Positions 13,007 to 26,160 of a DNA stretch of 64,000 nucleotides are shown one piece after another; positions within the stretch are counted from its first letter, which is position 1; each line of letters opens with the position of its first letter. Source of the DNA: Octopus vulgaris (taxonomy: Eukaryota); NCBI GenBank assembly GCA_951406725.2, contig OX597814.1, forward strand, positions 162,998,001 through 163,062,000, given 5' to 3'. The position numbers and the translations under genes are program-made. The notes below the pieces were generated by a model. That model worked only from the letters and a program-made list of their open reading frames with translations. It had not been told where the DNA came from and ran no database searches.

Positions 13007-13217
13007 ACACCATGGAAACCGAAATAAACTCCGGCTTAATAAAAAAAATAACATAAGTTAAGCGTAAACAGCAAGTAACATTTCAAGTAGAATAACTGAT
13101 ACGAGAACATCCTTGGTATGGACAACGCAATAACAAAAATCTACTCCCGTAGACTTAATAGAAGGTGAGCTTCGAAGATCGTTGGAGGATACGACAGCAG
13201 TGATACTATGACTATAT

Positions 13218-13571
13218 TGGAAGCACTCCGTCGGTTACGACGATGAGGGTTCCGGTTGATCCGAATCAACGGAACAGCCTGCTCGTGAAATTAACGTGTA
13301 AGTGGCTGAGCACTCCACAGACACGTGCACCCTTAACGTAGTTCTCGGGGATATTCAGCGTGACACAGAGAGTGACAAGGTCGGCCCCTTGAAATACAGG
13401 TACAACAGAAACAGGAAGTAAGAGTGAGAGAAAGTTGTGGTGAAAGAGCCTCGTGGAGCTTCTTTTAGGTGTTTTCGCTCAATAAACACTCACAACGCCC
13501 GGTCTGGGAATCGAAACCGCGATCTTATGACCGCGAGTCCGCTGCCCTAACCACTGGGCCATTGCGCCTCC
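13218..13571 (-). mobile_element. tRNA(Arg)-like-headed SINE (family D), young, with TSD
   Basis: Minus: GGAGGCGCAATGGCCCAGTGGTTAGGGCAGCGGACTCGCGGTC...TTCGATTCCC; ATGACTATA at 13208-13216 and 13575-13583. Confidence 0.85.
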
Positions 13572-14091
13572 ATGATGACTATAACAATAAAGATGTAACC
13601 ATATAACCACTACTCCGAATTCCTGAAAGCTAGTAGGTAAATATTAATGACCTGAAGGGACGAGGTATTTCGTTATGCAGCCATAATAGACTGTACGGTA
13701 TTTTGCAGTATTTGTAGGGACTTATAGGTTGCATAATGATATACCACGTCCCTACAAGTCATTACTAAAACTACGAACATATTGCTAACGAGTGTTTATT
13801 ACACCAAACAAATGACAAATTTTGTGTGAGATTTGTTTTTTTTTTTTTTTTGTCTTGATGAAAACTCCTAATTATGTAGAAAACTGTGAAGTTACAGAAC
13901 GAAAATAGCATTTGATTTAATTTTATAAACTATTGAATATTTTGCTGTGTTATTTGGTTAATGTCTGAAACCAACTCGGTCAGACTTCAATGAACAGTTT
14001 CATAAGAAGAGGAGGTTATCAAAGAACTCTTTCAGATAATCACATTAGTTTATTAACTCTGTTGTTTTTCAAGTGTTGCAAAAGATAATGA

Positions 14092-14305
14092 TGGTTTCAA
14101 ATTTTGGCACAAGGCTAGCAGTTCGTGGGAGGGGGTAGGTGGATTACATCGACCCCAGTGTTCAACTTGTACTTATTTTATCGACCCCTAAAAGATGAAA
14201 GTAAAATTGATCTCGGTAGAATTTGAACTCAGAACGTAGTGACTCTGAAGAAATATAGCAAGCCAGTTCGTCCGATACACTAACGATTCTACAGGCTCGC
14301 CGCCT
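14092..14305 (-). mobile_element. SINE family A
   Basis: Family A core and head in reverse. Confidence 0.85.
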
Positions 14306-14314
14306 TTAATAATC

Positions 14315-14500
14315 TTTACTAATATAGGTACAAGGCCTGAAATTTGGTGGGAGGAGTCCAGTCGATTACGTCGATCCCCAGTGCTCGACTACATCAACCC
14401 CCAAGGGATGAAACGCAAAGTCGACCTCGGAGGAATTTGAACTCAGAATTTAAAGAAGCCGAAGAAAGGTCGCTGAACATTTTTGTCCGGTGCGCTAACA
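14315..14500 (-). mobile_element. SINE family A, diverged
   Basis: AAAGTCGACCTCGGAGGAATTTGAACTCAGAA core. Confidence 0.75.
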
Positions 14501-14785
14501 AATAGCAACGATTGTTCTTGTTGAGAACACAAATCAGTTTCAGAAAAATCTGAATAAATTTTTTAAAAATGATAAAAAGGCTATGAAAAAATTAACTACA
14601 GTTTATGAGTTTCGAATATTTTAGTGATGCTTGTATATTTTTTAAAAATTTAAATCGTATGTGAGCAATTATCTTTGTTTATTAAACCATACTATATAAT
14701 TTTTCACATTGTTGCATCGTGCTAGATCTATAAGTATTGGTTTTAAAATGCAACAACAGCAGCAGAGGCGGTGGCAGTGGTGATG

Positions 14786-14820
<35 letters not shown>

Positions 14821-15284
14821 TTATGTTGTTCAAACTTAGGTCAGGTCTGGCCTTAATCTATGAGTAAAAACGTACCTGCTGATGTACCCACCTTTATTTT
14901 AAATACACGGTTTAAGAGAGATTTGGCTGCTATATCCAGCACGTCGAGTGACCATGTTTCAGTCTCCTTGCAGGGAAACTTATACACAAGTTTCTAGTTT
15001 GTGTTTTTGTAGTTTAATCGCACGTTAATCCTGATGGAGATGAACCTTGATCAAAAGCCGCTCCAGCGTGACCAGAACTACATTGTCTGATATCTCTTTT
15101 CTTCATAAGACTAGAGTGACTAGAGTGGATTTGGCTGCTATTTCTAGTATGACGTTATCTTGTGTATGTGCAGCACTAAAGCTGTTATCGCCTTTCGTTT
15201 TCTGTAGATGTGTGTGTATGCGTGTGTACGTGCGCGCGTACGTGCGTGTGTGCATGCATACACGCGCATGTGTGTGTGTGTGTG

Positions 15285-15357
<73 letters not shown>

Positions 15358-15867
15358 ATGCGTGTGTGCGTGCGTATGCATTTACATCTAATATTCGTGA
15401 GAGAAAAATACTGTTTCTCTGTCTTTATTTTAAATCAATTGTTTCACAACTAATTGACTTCGATTATGAGTGGCTGTAAACGCATTTGAAAGTATAATTC
15501 ATCCAATATTTATTTGACTCGCGTCAACCCCGTCGTCTCCATCAATTATTCAAGTCGTACACACGATCAAACAAACAACAAACTATCAAAAAACGACAAA
15601 ATGTCTCACCTTCAATAATTAACCAATCATGTACAACAATATTAACATTAAATTTAGTGCAACAGCTTTTCAACTTCATTGTAGTCTCACAGGACATAGC
15701 ATAATGTTAATTCGTTTACACGTTAGTAACACTCGGTGCAAACATACAGGTATGTTATTGGTATTTTACACATTTCTATACAGATTTGTTATTAGTATTA
15801 TTATTGTTATTGTTATTATCATTATTATTATTATTATTATTATTATTGTTGTTATTATTACTATTAA

Positions 15868-16060
15868 GACGGCGAGCTGGCAGAATCATTAGCACGTTGG
15901 ACGAAATGCTTAGCGGCATTTCGCCTGTCGCTACGTTCTCAGTTCAAATTCCGCCCAGGCCGACTTTGTCTTTCATCCTTTCGGGGTCGAGGAAATAAGT
16001 ACCAGTTTAACACTAGGGTCAATGTAATCGACTCATCCCCACCTCCCCCAAGATGCCCTT
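15868..16060 (+). mobile_element. SINE family A
   Basis: GACGGCGAGCTGGCAGAATCATTAGCAC...CTTTCATCCTTTCGGGGTCGA. Confidence 0.85.
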
Positions 16061-16084
16061 ATGGCAAAAATTTGAAATAAGAAT

Positions 16085-16243
16085 TATTATTATTGTTTTT
16101 ACGAGGTTCAAATTCCGCCGAGGTCGACTTTGCCTTTCATCCTTTCGGGGTCGATAAATTAAGTACCAGTTGCGTACATGGGGTCGATCTAATTGACTGC
16201 CCCCTCCCCCAAAATTTCGGGCCTTGTGCCTAGAGTAGAAAAG
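16085..16243 (+). mobile_element. SINE family A, 5'-truncated (tail type 3)
   Basis: GTTCAAATTCCGCCGAGGTCGACTTTGCCTTTCATCCTTTCGGGGTCGATAAATTAAGTACC...GGCCTTGTGCCTAGAGTAGAAAAG. Confidence 0.85.
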
Positions 16244-16264
16244 GTTATTATTATTATTATTATT

Positions 16265-16991
16265 GAGTGAGAGAGCAGTTCATGCCATCAAAGTGACACT
16301 GGGGTAAAATATACGAAGCCCAATATACCCATCATGACTACCCGTCTGATAAGGGTACACCAGGTACATGCATCACAACCATATGTGCGCGACATGGTGA
16401 TCTCATATCAAGATAAATAGCGCATGACTTTTCAGGTGGGGCGCAGTTGGAATTTTCTTCAGGTTGAGTAGCCCATCCCGCTCAAAAGGTCCCTGAATAA
16501 GAGTTGTTTAAGGATGTTGAAAGAACCACCCATGTTTCCAGAGGTGAATTATTCAAACCCCAAAGAATCCCTCTCAACACATGGCTATGATGCTCCCCCA
16601 CTACTTCTGCTCGTGATCAGAGATGCACATATCGTCAGCCACTAAGGAACATGCTCAACTGGTTAAGGTCAAACAACTGACAAGCAAATCTGTGGTATTG
16701 AGCAGAATATTTGCTGTAGCCCATCTTTTATACCAAGACAAAACAATGTACATGATAACACTTCCAATCAGTTAAGATCAGAAGCCATGAGAGCCATTGC
16801 CTGGTATTGCATCAGGGCATCGTGGTATTGAGCAGAATATTTGCTGTAGCCCATCTTTTATACCAAGACAAAACAATGTACATGATAACACTTCCAATCA
16901 GTTAAGATCAGAAGCCATGAGAGCCACTGCCTGGTATTGCACCAGGGCATCGTGGTATTGCATCAGGGCATTGCCTGGTATTGCATCAAGG

Positions 16992-16993
<2 letters not shown>
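16265..16993 (-). mobile_element. Non-coding retroposon segment inserted in a (TAA)n array, with a 130-bp internal tandem duplication
   Basis: (ATT)n on both sides; 16692-16821 duplicated at 16822-16951; its terminal 23 bp recur inside another (TAA)n array at 41660-41682. Confidence 0.7.
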
Positions 16994-17027
<34 letters not shown>

Positions 17028-17037
17028 CATCATCATC

Positions 17038-17070
<33 letters not shown>

Positions 17071-17094
17071 GTCATCATCATTATCATCATCATC
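16994..17094. repeat. (ATT)n(CAT)n microsatellite
   Basis: Direct. Confidence 0.95.
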
Positions 17095-17304
17095 TTTCAC
17101 TTCTGTTTTCACTCATTGCCGAGTGTCTTTCTGACTCCTAGGGCAGAGAAACGCACTATATACATTGGTAGGCCATTAAAATAAACTGTTCATTTACAAA
17201 GTCATATGATAGGGCAAAAGGAGAAGAAAAACAGAGAGAAAAAGCAAACATTTTTTTAAAATTAATAAACAATAAGAATAAAAGAGGAAAAGGGAAAAAA
17301 CCAC

Positions 17305-17545
17305 AGCGCCATGCTCTTCTCAGTACATGTGACACACCATTTAAGACAATCTTTTGCACTTCCCGCATGAATCATTCTTAAATAATTTTCAGTTCCTTTT
17401 TTTGTTCATTCCAAGTGCTTTGATGGTCCGGTCTGTACATACTGGGAAGTCCCAAAGAATCGTTACATTTTCTCCCTCAGTTACAGCCTCGTTGTGGTAC
17501 TTGTACCATTTGTCAAGAGTTTTGATTTTATATTGCTAACACATT
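17305..17545 (-). pseudogene. R4/Dong-like LINE C-terminal fragment, internally deleted
   Basis: Minus: YKIKTLDKWYKYHNEAVTEGENVTILWDFPVCTDRTIKA|LGM...REVQKIVLNGVSHVLRRA (ILWDF..TDR and QK..L.G..H.LRR motifs). Confidence 0.7.
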
Positions 17546-18238
17546 ATCCAATGTAGATATGTAGATATTAGATGCACACCATTTTCAGTAGCGCATATTC
17601 GGTAAAAGATTTTAACGAATTAAAGCATTTAGTATTGGCCCAACGTATCATATAGGAGCCGGGATGAATATTTGAGATATTAGAGGTGGGAGGAGTGCGT
17701 CCAAAGCATATAACATTTATATGTTGTTATAGTCAGTGTCTTTAGCCTGTGTGTTCATAGGATCATCAAACAAATTATGGCTGGAGAGAGATTATTTATA
17801 TACGATATAGTTCTCCTGTCATAATGTGGAGGAAAAGATGCTGGTTGAAGGAAGAAAAAGATGGAAAAAAAAGCAGGAGAAAGAAGGAAACGGAAAAAGG
17901 GGTATATGGGATTCCTTTTTCTTTCCCAAAACATCAACCGGGTTTTTAACGTCTTTTTTTTTCTTTCTTTCCTCCACCAACACCTCATTCTGTTACTTAT
18001 AACAGGAATCTTATGTATATCAAATTTACCCATTTCTTCGTAGGCTGAAAAAGAAAAAGACAAAAACAGCCTAAATCGATTTTCAACCCTGTCTAATGAC
18101 CCTGTGAACACAGAGGTACAATTCTAGAATAGCAAAAAAAAAAAAAAAAAAAACTTGACCAAAATGAGAATATTATTTACATTAGTACTGAATACTCTTT
18201 CTTCTGGCAATCAACATTAAACGCGTGTGTGTGTGTGA

Positions 18239-18315
<77 letters not shown>

Positions 18316-19469
18316 ACTCTGAAATATAAATGCCCACACTCTTACACGTATACATATTGCATACTGACAAAAAACGAAAAAATAAATAAATAGTATAGTG
18401 ATGTAAAGAATATATTTTTAAAAAATGCTGCACTCATATAATCTCAATTGTTTGACATAGTTTGTAACAGAACTTATTTTTCTCTGCTGGGAGCTCACAT
18501 GCCTTTTGTACCGATTTCCCTTAGAGGGACGTTAGCAGATAACAGAAAATAAAAACATGGAACGAAAACAATAAGAATAAGAGTTCGCTGTTAGTGCAAG
18601 TTGGAACTGGTGTTTGTTGTTAGCTGAGAAAGTTTTTGTCTGCGTGGTGTGTGAGAGGGGAGTCAATGAAAAAAGATGCCAGTCTAGATATCTGTATGTC
18701 TAGTTATTTCGTAGTTTCGGGGTATCTACTGTTACGGTAGCTGTCGTCTGTTATAGTCGCAGCGGAAATAAAAACCACTGAAATATCAAATATTTTTCTT
18801 GGTTTGTCTAACAGTTAATATATAATTGTAGAGACTCCACCCGTACACTTTCAACAATAGATTGTTTTGTTTGTTTGTTTTTATTTCAGCTTTCAATTAT
18901 GCTTTCTTCTTCCTCACCCTACACTACCATCCGCTTCTTTCTTATCTTCCACCTCCCCTCTTCTTTCTATATTCATCTATTTTCTTTCTGTCATTGTTTT
19001 TGTATATTTAGTTTTTAAATTTTTTACGTCATTCTCAATTTTCGTATTCACTCAACGTTCATATCTTGTTTTAATTTGTTTGTGTATATGTGTGTGTGCG
19101 TGCAGTGTGTGTATGTATATATATAGGCTTAGCAGCCCGTCCTGTTTGTTTTCACTGTACTGTTTGTGTTACCAATTTTGACCCTCCGCAAAATCCCAAA
19201 TTTTATTTAATTTGCTTTGCGGGAGTAACTGTTTTATCGAAAGCGTATATTATTGTTAAATTCTCGCAATACGAGAGTAGAAAAACAGCCAACAACTGAT
19301 GAAGGGTCGTTCTTTGTGTTGTTTGTCTTGTTTTCCATTTATATCTTTCGTTGTTCGAAAAAATAGTTCATATTCCATGTACTTTGTATTTTTTGTTGTA
19401 CACGTTTCGTGACATCCTGTGCCCACATATGCTTGTATATATACGTATAGATGTAAGTGTGTACATATA

Positions 19470-19729
<260 letters not shown>

Positions 19730-20270
19730 TTTTATCTTGTATTTTATTTTGCATTTGTATCATTTTTACGTCCTGTTTTTGTCACATGTTTTTCTTGTCT
19801 GTTTTTGCCCCTATGCGAGGCAATTTTATTTTAATTCTCTCGCCATGAAGGACTAGTTGACGAGTCGTGTCCTATTTTATCCTTCGAAACACGCTTGAGT
19901 TAGGTAGAGACAGCTGATGAACTGGGGATTTTTCCTGTGTGGTTTGTCCTGTACCTTGTTTTTCTGTTGTAAAAAATAATGTTTTTCCCGTTTCCGTTTC
20001 GTCTGTTTTTTTTGTTGTAAAAATATGGCTTGTTCGTTTTCGTTTTTCGTTGAGTTCTACGTCTAGTTGCAGTGTCCTGTACTCACGTATATATTTTTAT
20101 ATATGCATGTATATATACATGTAGATGTAGGTACGTACATATATGTTTGTATGCATGCATATATTTTATTTATTACATTATTGTCTGACAGCACGTTCGC
20201 GTCAGGGTCGATTCGATTCGTCGTTTCGTCCCACTTCCCTTCCTCCCAGTTTTGTTATATATATATATAT

Positions 20271-22755
20271 GAAATTCTTGTTCATGCGGATAAGACTGGT
20301 AACATTTATAATCTTATCATCTACCACTATCACAAGTTACTTAGAATTGACATAAAAAATACTATAAGATAACGAATAGCAATTCATTAAGAATGATTAG
20401 CATAAATACCAAGGAAATAATGACTAATTATGAAATTGAAGATAAAACAGAACCTTTTGAACCTAAAAGACCTAGAATAAGCTTAAAAGACCACAGATCT
20501 AATTTTAACAGTAACCCTAGCGTTTGACTAATTTACCCAGGCAAGTCCGACCACGAAAAAATAAGCAAAGCAATAAATGATAATTATATACCAACACTCA
20601 GAAACCTATTGAAATTAAAACTATGGTTTAACACACAGGGTGTAATATATTGGTCTAAAAAATTAGACAACAAAAAGAAAAAAAAAACTTATACTAATTG
20701 ATATAGATAGCCACTATTCATCAATTAATCCTATACTACTAAATAAGGCCCTCTCGTTTGCAAAAAAGAATTCTAATCTAACTATGAGTGAAAGGAACAT
20801 AATATTAGCAGCTAGGAAAAACATTATAAAATTTGATAATAAATATTGTGTAAGGGAGGACATTAGCGATAGCTTTGACATTACAGTGGAATCTGCTGAA
20901 TCAGCACAGGTCACAGATTTAGTGGGTGTATATATATATTATTTAACTTATGTAAGGAATTTCTGGAGCTCGGGGGCGGTCTGTACAGGGATGAGACACT
21001 TTTTACACTAGATAACCTATCTAATAGGAGATTAGAAATACAAAAGAAAAAAATTTATAAATTCTTCAAGAACATAGGACTATCCATCACTATCGAAAAC
21101 GTATACAATTCCGTCAACTTCCTGAACATTAACCTTAATCTAGAAACAGGGATACATACCTACGATACATTAGCGTAAATAGTAACCATCCAAGAAGCAT
21201 TACACATAGATTAGTTGAAAATATATCAAAATGGATTTCGAATCTCTCGATAAATGAGAAAATTTTTAAGCAAAATGTGGGCTATTATAACTTAGCACTA
21301 AGTAAAACAGGATATGAGCAAAAATTAAAATACCAAGGGCCAAAGGATAATTCTAATGATAAGAACTATACGCATACAGCAAGATAACAAACAAAAATTA
21401 GAATACTATGAACCAAACGTAAATTCTAATCATAAGAACTATACACAAAACGGAATTCACAATAATGAGATTAAAATAGAGGAAAATAAACAAGGATAAA
21501 ATGATTACAGATGGAATTCGATATAAAATAGATAAGAATAATATAAGAATAAGCACCAAGAAACAAATAGAAGGCATAAATAAACCAAAAACAAATAACA
21601 AAGATAGAAACAATGAGGAACTAATAAAATTCAAAGATAATAGAATAGAAAGGTCAAAAACAAAACACCATAATAATGAAAATTAAATAAAAGTATAAAT
21701 AGGATAGGAAATAACAAAAGTGTAGAAGTCGAGAACCTAAATGGTAATACTCATAACAATTCTATAAAACGTTATACTCCATGTATAAATGTAATTAACC
21801 TCTAGAAAATTTTCTTTAAAAAGAATTACCATGAAAATAATATAGTATGGTACATAATACCATTTGCAAAACAAATTAGAACAAATGTAGTGAAATTATT
21901 TTACAAAGCTGTCTCTAAACATTTTTCAAAGGAAAACAAATATCATGAAATAATAAACTCATGCAAGTTAAGAGTGGGTTTCTGCGTTTAAAAAAAAACA
22001 TTGCACAAATTATATCTGCACAAAATACTAAACGATTAAATGATTTCTATTATAATAGGAGTAAGGAAAATACAAATGATTTACTTAATTGCCAAAATGA
22101 CGAGGATCATAACAATAGTATGAAATACACAAGCGAAGGAAGAGAAGTAACCCTTCATGTCTCTCCACTAAGACAGAATATAAACTCGCAGCCTACAAAA
22201 AGGAGAAAAATTAAACGTAATAATAATAACAAAAATGCAAATGATTTAAATATATGTGCTGATTCTTATAGTAGCGGCAACGAGAAAATTAGATAAGTTA
22301 CAATGTAAATATCAAGGTAGATAAGAAAAGGAAAGAAGATACGTCATTAGTTAAGACTCATAACACAGGAAATAAACGTAACGAAAATAACCCTGGAAAC
22401 GGGAAAAATAGGCACAGGGTTATTAATAAGGAAACAGCTAAAGTTCCTGATAATAAAACCTGTGATTGTGCCCACAAAGATAAGAATTACATGTTCATTA
22501 AGAAATTTTTGAAGAGAAAAATGTGTAATATATAGGTGTAAAGTAATGTCTGAGGGGCAGGATTACTACTATATAGGCTTATAGGCTCCACGGAAAATTA
22601 TATAAAAAGCAGGATAACCAACCATGAAAGCACTTTTAGAGATAAGGAAAAAGAAGTTAGCACTAGTTTAAGTGTATTAATTTGGGCAATTAGGTACAAA
22701 AATGATAACTATACGCTGAAGTGGGGAGTAATTAGCCGGGTAAAATCTTATAGCA
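20271..22755 (+). pseudogene. Decayed Penelope-like retroelement (Naiad-type RT plus C-terminal GIY-YIG endonuclease)
   Basis: Frameshifted segments: LVHADKTGNIY, LKDHRSNFNSNPSV*LIYPGKS, FDITVESAESAQVTDLVG, GLYRDE, IGLSITIE..VNFLNINLNL, SNHPRSI, NIVWYIIPFAKQIRTN, CDC..CSLRNF*, VIYRCKV...YYYIG, RITNHESTF...TSLS..IW; 3' end cut by a SINE. Confidence 0.88.
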
Positions 22756-22764
22756 CTTATATTC

Positions 22765-22985
22765 TTTTATTCTTATGTTTGTTTCAGTTGATTGCGGCCA
22801 TACTGCAACACAGCCTTTAGTCAAACAAATCGAACAGGACTTATTCTTTGTAAGCCTAATAATTATTCTATAGGTCTCTTTTGCCGAACCGCTACATTAC
22901 GAGGGCGTAAACACATCAACATTGGTTGTCAAGTGATGGTCAGGGGGACAAACACAGATACACAAATATAGACACACACACACAC
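22765..22985 (-). mobile_element. SINE family B 3' half
   Basis: Reverse complement of the family B tail. Confidence 0.8.
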
Positions 22986-23017
22986 ATACATACATACATA
23001 CATACATATATACATAC

Positions 23018-23080
<63 letters not shown>

Positions 23081-23084
23081 TGTG

Positions 23085-23298
23085 TGTGTTTGTGTGTCTG
23101 TGTTTGTTCCCCTAGCATTGCTTGACAACCGATGCTGGTGTGTTTATGTCCCCGTTACTTAGCGGTTCGGTAAAAGAGACCGATTGAATAAGTACTGGGC
23201 TTACAAAAGAATAAGTCCCGGGGTCGAGTTGCTCGATTAAAGGCAGTGCTCCAGCATGGCCGCAGTCAAATGACTGAAACAAGTAAAAGAGTAAAAGA
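23085..23298 (+). mobile_element. SINE family B 3' half
   Basis: GCATTGCTTGACAACCGATGCTGG...CCAGCATGGCCGCAGTCAAATGACTGAAACAAGTAAAAGAG. Confidence 0.88.
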
Positions 23299-24299
23299 GT
23301 ATATATAATAAATGCAAATGTCAGTGTGTCACACTTTTTCAATTTTATTCCTACATGCTAAAGCCCAACATATCATACTATTTGGGAATCAGGCCGACTC
23401 CGTGGCTAAATTTTAAAAATTCCGGGCCGAATCAGGACCCGCAATCCTGAAATTCTGGATTCCCAAGTTTTCCTTACAGCGATTGTTTTCGGGGAATTTT
23501 TTACGTGATTTTTTGCGACGAATTTTTTTGTACGATATCAATTTTTACTAGCTGGACCCGTGAAAACGTTACGGGAAGTATAAAAAATGTAGGCATCTGT
23601 AAATAGTGACTTCATTTGATAACTATCGAATGATTATGGGCATATCTACAGTTGTATACCCCACCGACTTTGTTGCCTCATAAATTCCATAAATAATCGC
23701 TTAGATCCTGTTGATTGAGTGTATGTTAAGATTTCTTGGAAGAATTTTTCTGGGGAACTAGGGAGAGTAGTTTCGGAAAATTCACGCGACCTAACAGTTT
23801 TCGCTTCATAACTTTCAGGAAATTGGTATTTTTTAATGCCGGGAATCGAACTCACAACCTTGAGCCGAAACACCCTGACCGCTAAACCATTCGCTTTCTC
23901 ACATACATACATACATACATACATACGTACATACATACATACATACATACATACATACATACATACATACATACATACATACATGGTGGCTGCCCCCTCG
24001 TTATCGAGTATGGCCATTGCTCGAAGCTTAATCAATGTTGTTATCGTGCAATGCCTGTGCAAGAAGATTTTTTTAAAGTGAGGAAAGGCTGTGCACTGAG
24101 TCAATCCCACTCACTAAGCAACAGCAGCCATAATCCGAAAAGAAGAACAAGTCAACATCATCGGTAACCACTGAGCCGCAGGTTTTATGTCGGAGTTATC
24201 CCAGTTACCTGACTTACCTTCTCCTAGAAGGATGCCCTAACAGCCTTAAGACATTTATTGGATGGCCGTTGACTCTCAAGAGTTCTTTAGAGTCAACAT

Positions 24300-24545
24300 A
24301 CAAACATACATACGTACATACATACATACATACATACATACATACATACATACATACATACATGCCTGCATGTGTACATACGTACATGCCTGCATTGGTA
24401 CATACACACACACACATATATACATACATACATAATTATATACATACACACACACATACATACATACATACATACATACATACATACATACATACATACA
24501 TACATACATACATACATACATACATACATACATACATGCATGCAT
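24300..24545. repeat. (CATA)n compound microsatellite
   Basis: Direct. Confidence 0.95.
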
Positions 24546-25100
24546 GCACACATTAAACAGGCTGAGACAGGACATTTTGTAACAATAAATGTAAATCTTC
24601 AACCAAGTAATAAAAAGGGTAATTTCTTTTTTCACCCTATCACAGTAAATACTTAAACCAATGTCCTCCTTGTCTTACATCATACATTCCACAATAACAT
24701 TCTGATTTTTAGTCCGGCTCAAATAAATTCATTTGTTTCTTCAATGATGATGTCTTTTTTTACTGTTATTGTTGTTGTCTTTGTTGTAGTTTTGTTGACT
24801 CGAGCTAAACCAGAATGAAAGGAATTACCGCCATGACCACCTCGTCTGTTTTATGAGACCTTGGATTATATTATTACTTGTATCTCTCTTTGATTTGATT
24901 TTTGAGCCGCTGGGAATTTTTTTACTGGTATTTCTAGCAGGGCAAGCGATCACATTGACGTCTCCTTGGTTGCTCAGTTACCTTGTGCTTAGGGCTACTG
25001 TTGTCTGTAGTATTTACATAACTAACATTATACAAAATTATTGTAACACTTCGTCGAGGGATATGGTTGGTGTGTTTCCATGTTGATATTTTGCGCCATA

Positions 25101-25315
25101 AGGGTGTCGAACTGGCAGAATCATTAGCACACCGTACAAACAATTTAACGACATTCCGTCCATCTCTACGTTCTGAGTTCAAATTCAGCCGAGGTCGACT
25201 TTACATTTTATCCTTTCGGTACCGATAAAATAAGTACCAGTTGAGCACTGGAGTCGATGCATTTGACCATGTACCTCCCTCGAAATTGCTGGCCTTGCGC
25301 CAAAATTTGAAATTG
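25101..25315 (+). mobile_element. SINE family A
   Basis: Head, GAGTTCAAAT, core, tail type 2. Confidence 0.82.
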
Positions 25316-26114
25316 ATATATAATTGTTCACGTACTTGTCATACTCGAGTCATTAAGTTATATTAAGCAGGTGTAGCTATGTTAATTGAAATACATGTCA
25401 GCCTTGGCCAAGCAAAACTGTGAGAAGAGACGTTCCATCCATAACCATTTTGTCTATTTATTCTCATTTAGTGAACATGAAACTATATCACCTAATATGA
25501 CTCTTCTTATGAGTGTGATGCAATTTAAGGGAGATTCAGCTGTTTTTTCTAGCAGCTCCATCCACCCCATAGAGGATCGTTTTTGAGAACTGAAATGGTG
25601 ACAGATCAAACGTTTTTCTGGAATTAAATGTTCATTAAGTGCAATTCTGACTTTAATTATCTTATCTCACATTAAAATTATGGCTAAGCTATTGATTACC
25701 TTTAATTAGCATTAATTGTGACTATCCATCTGATATAGTTCAATAAATTACATTTACTGTCGTCTAATAAGCGCTATCTAACATTGCCGTAGCTGTTGAT
25801 CCAAGATGCAGAAAATATAGAGCATTTTGGAATGCATTTTAGGGAGAATGGTTATCACAAAATATTTAATGCAATGCCTCAAGGAAACACTCGAAGTTGG
25901 CACAAGAGCACTATTCGGTGTTCTAAAAAGCATCCATGTTAAGATGAATATAAAGATTGTCTATTTGTATTTATATTGTTTCTGACGTTAATAATTATTT
26001 TTTGATAAGCCTGCTGGTTATTTGTGACATGAGTACCTAAAAAGTCACTGTAATTCTATATATCGTTGACAGGGGGGATCTTGCTGGCTTGCGGGCACCT
26101 GTCACTGGGGGCAC

Positions 26115-26160
26115 CTGACACTGAAGATACGTTGTACGTTGAAATCATGTGATCTGGCAG
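26115..26160 (+). ncRNA. Type I hammerhead ribozyme in a GC-rich structured island
   Basis: CTGACA CTGAAGA tACG-ttgta-CGTt GAAA TCA-tg-TGA TC TGGCAG (one stem I mismatch); stem I extendable by GGGCAC (26109-26114) / GTGCCC (26166-26171). Confidence 0.8.

Noticed and set aside
13497-13571. Genuine tRNA gene
   Set aside because: The acceptor stem does not close and it continues into a SINE body with a TSD; the same applies to the heads near 23840-23900 and 38534
23300-23600. Helitron-like element (also hairpin ends near 28947 and 52865)
   Set aside because: Only isolated terminal hairpins were seen; both ends could not be defined
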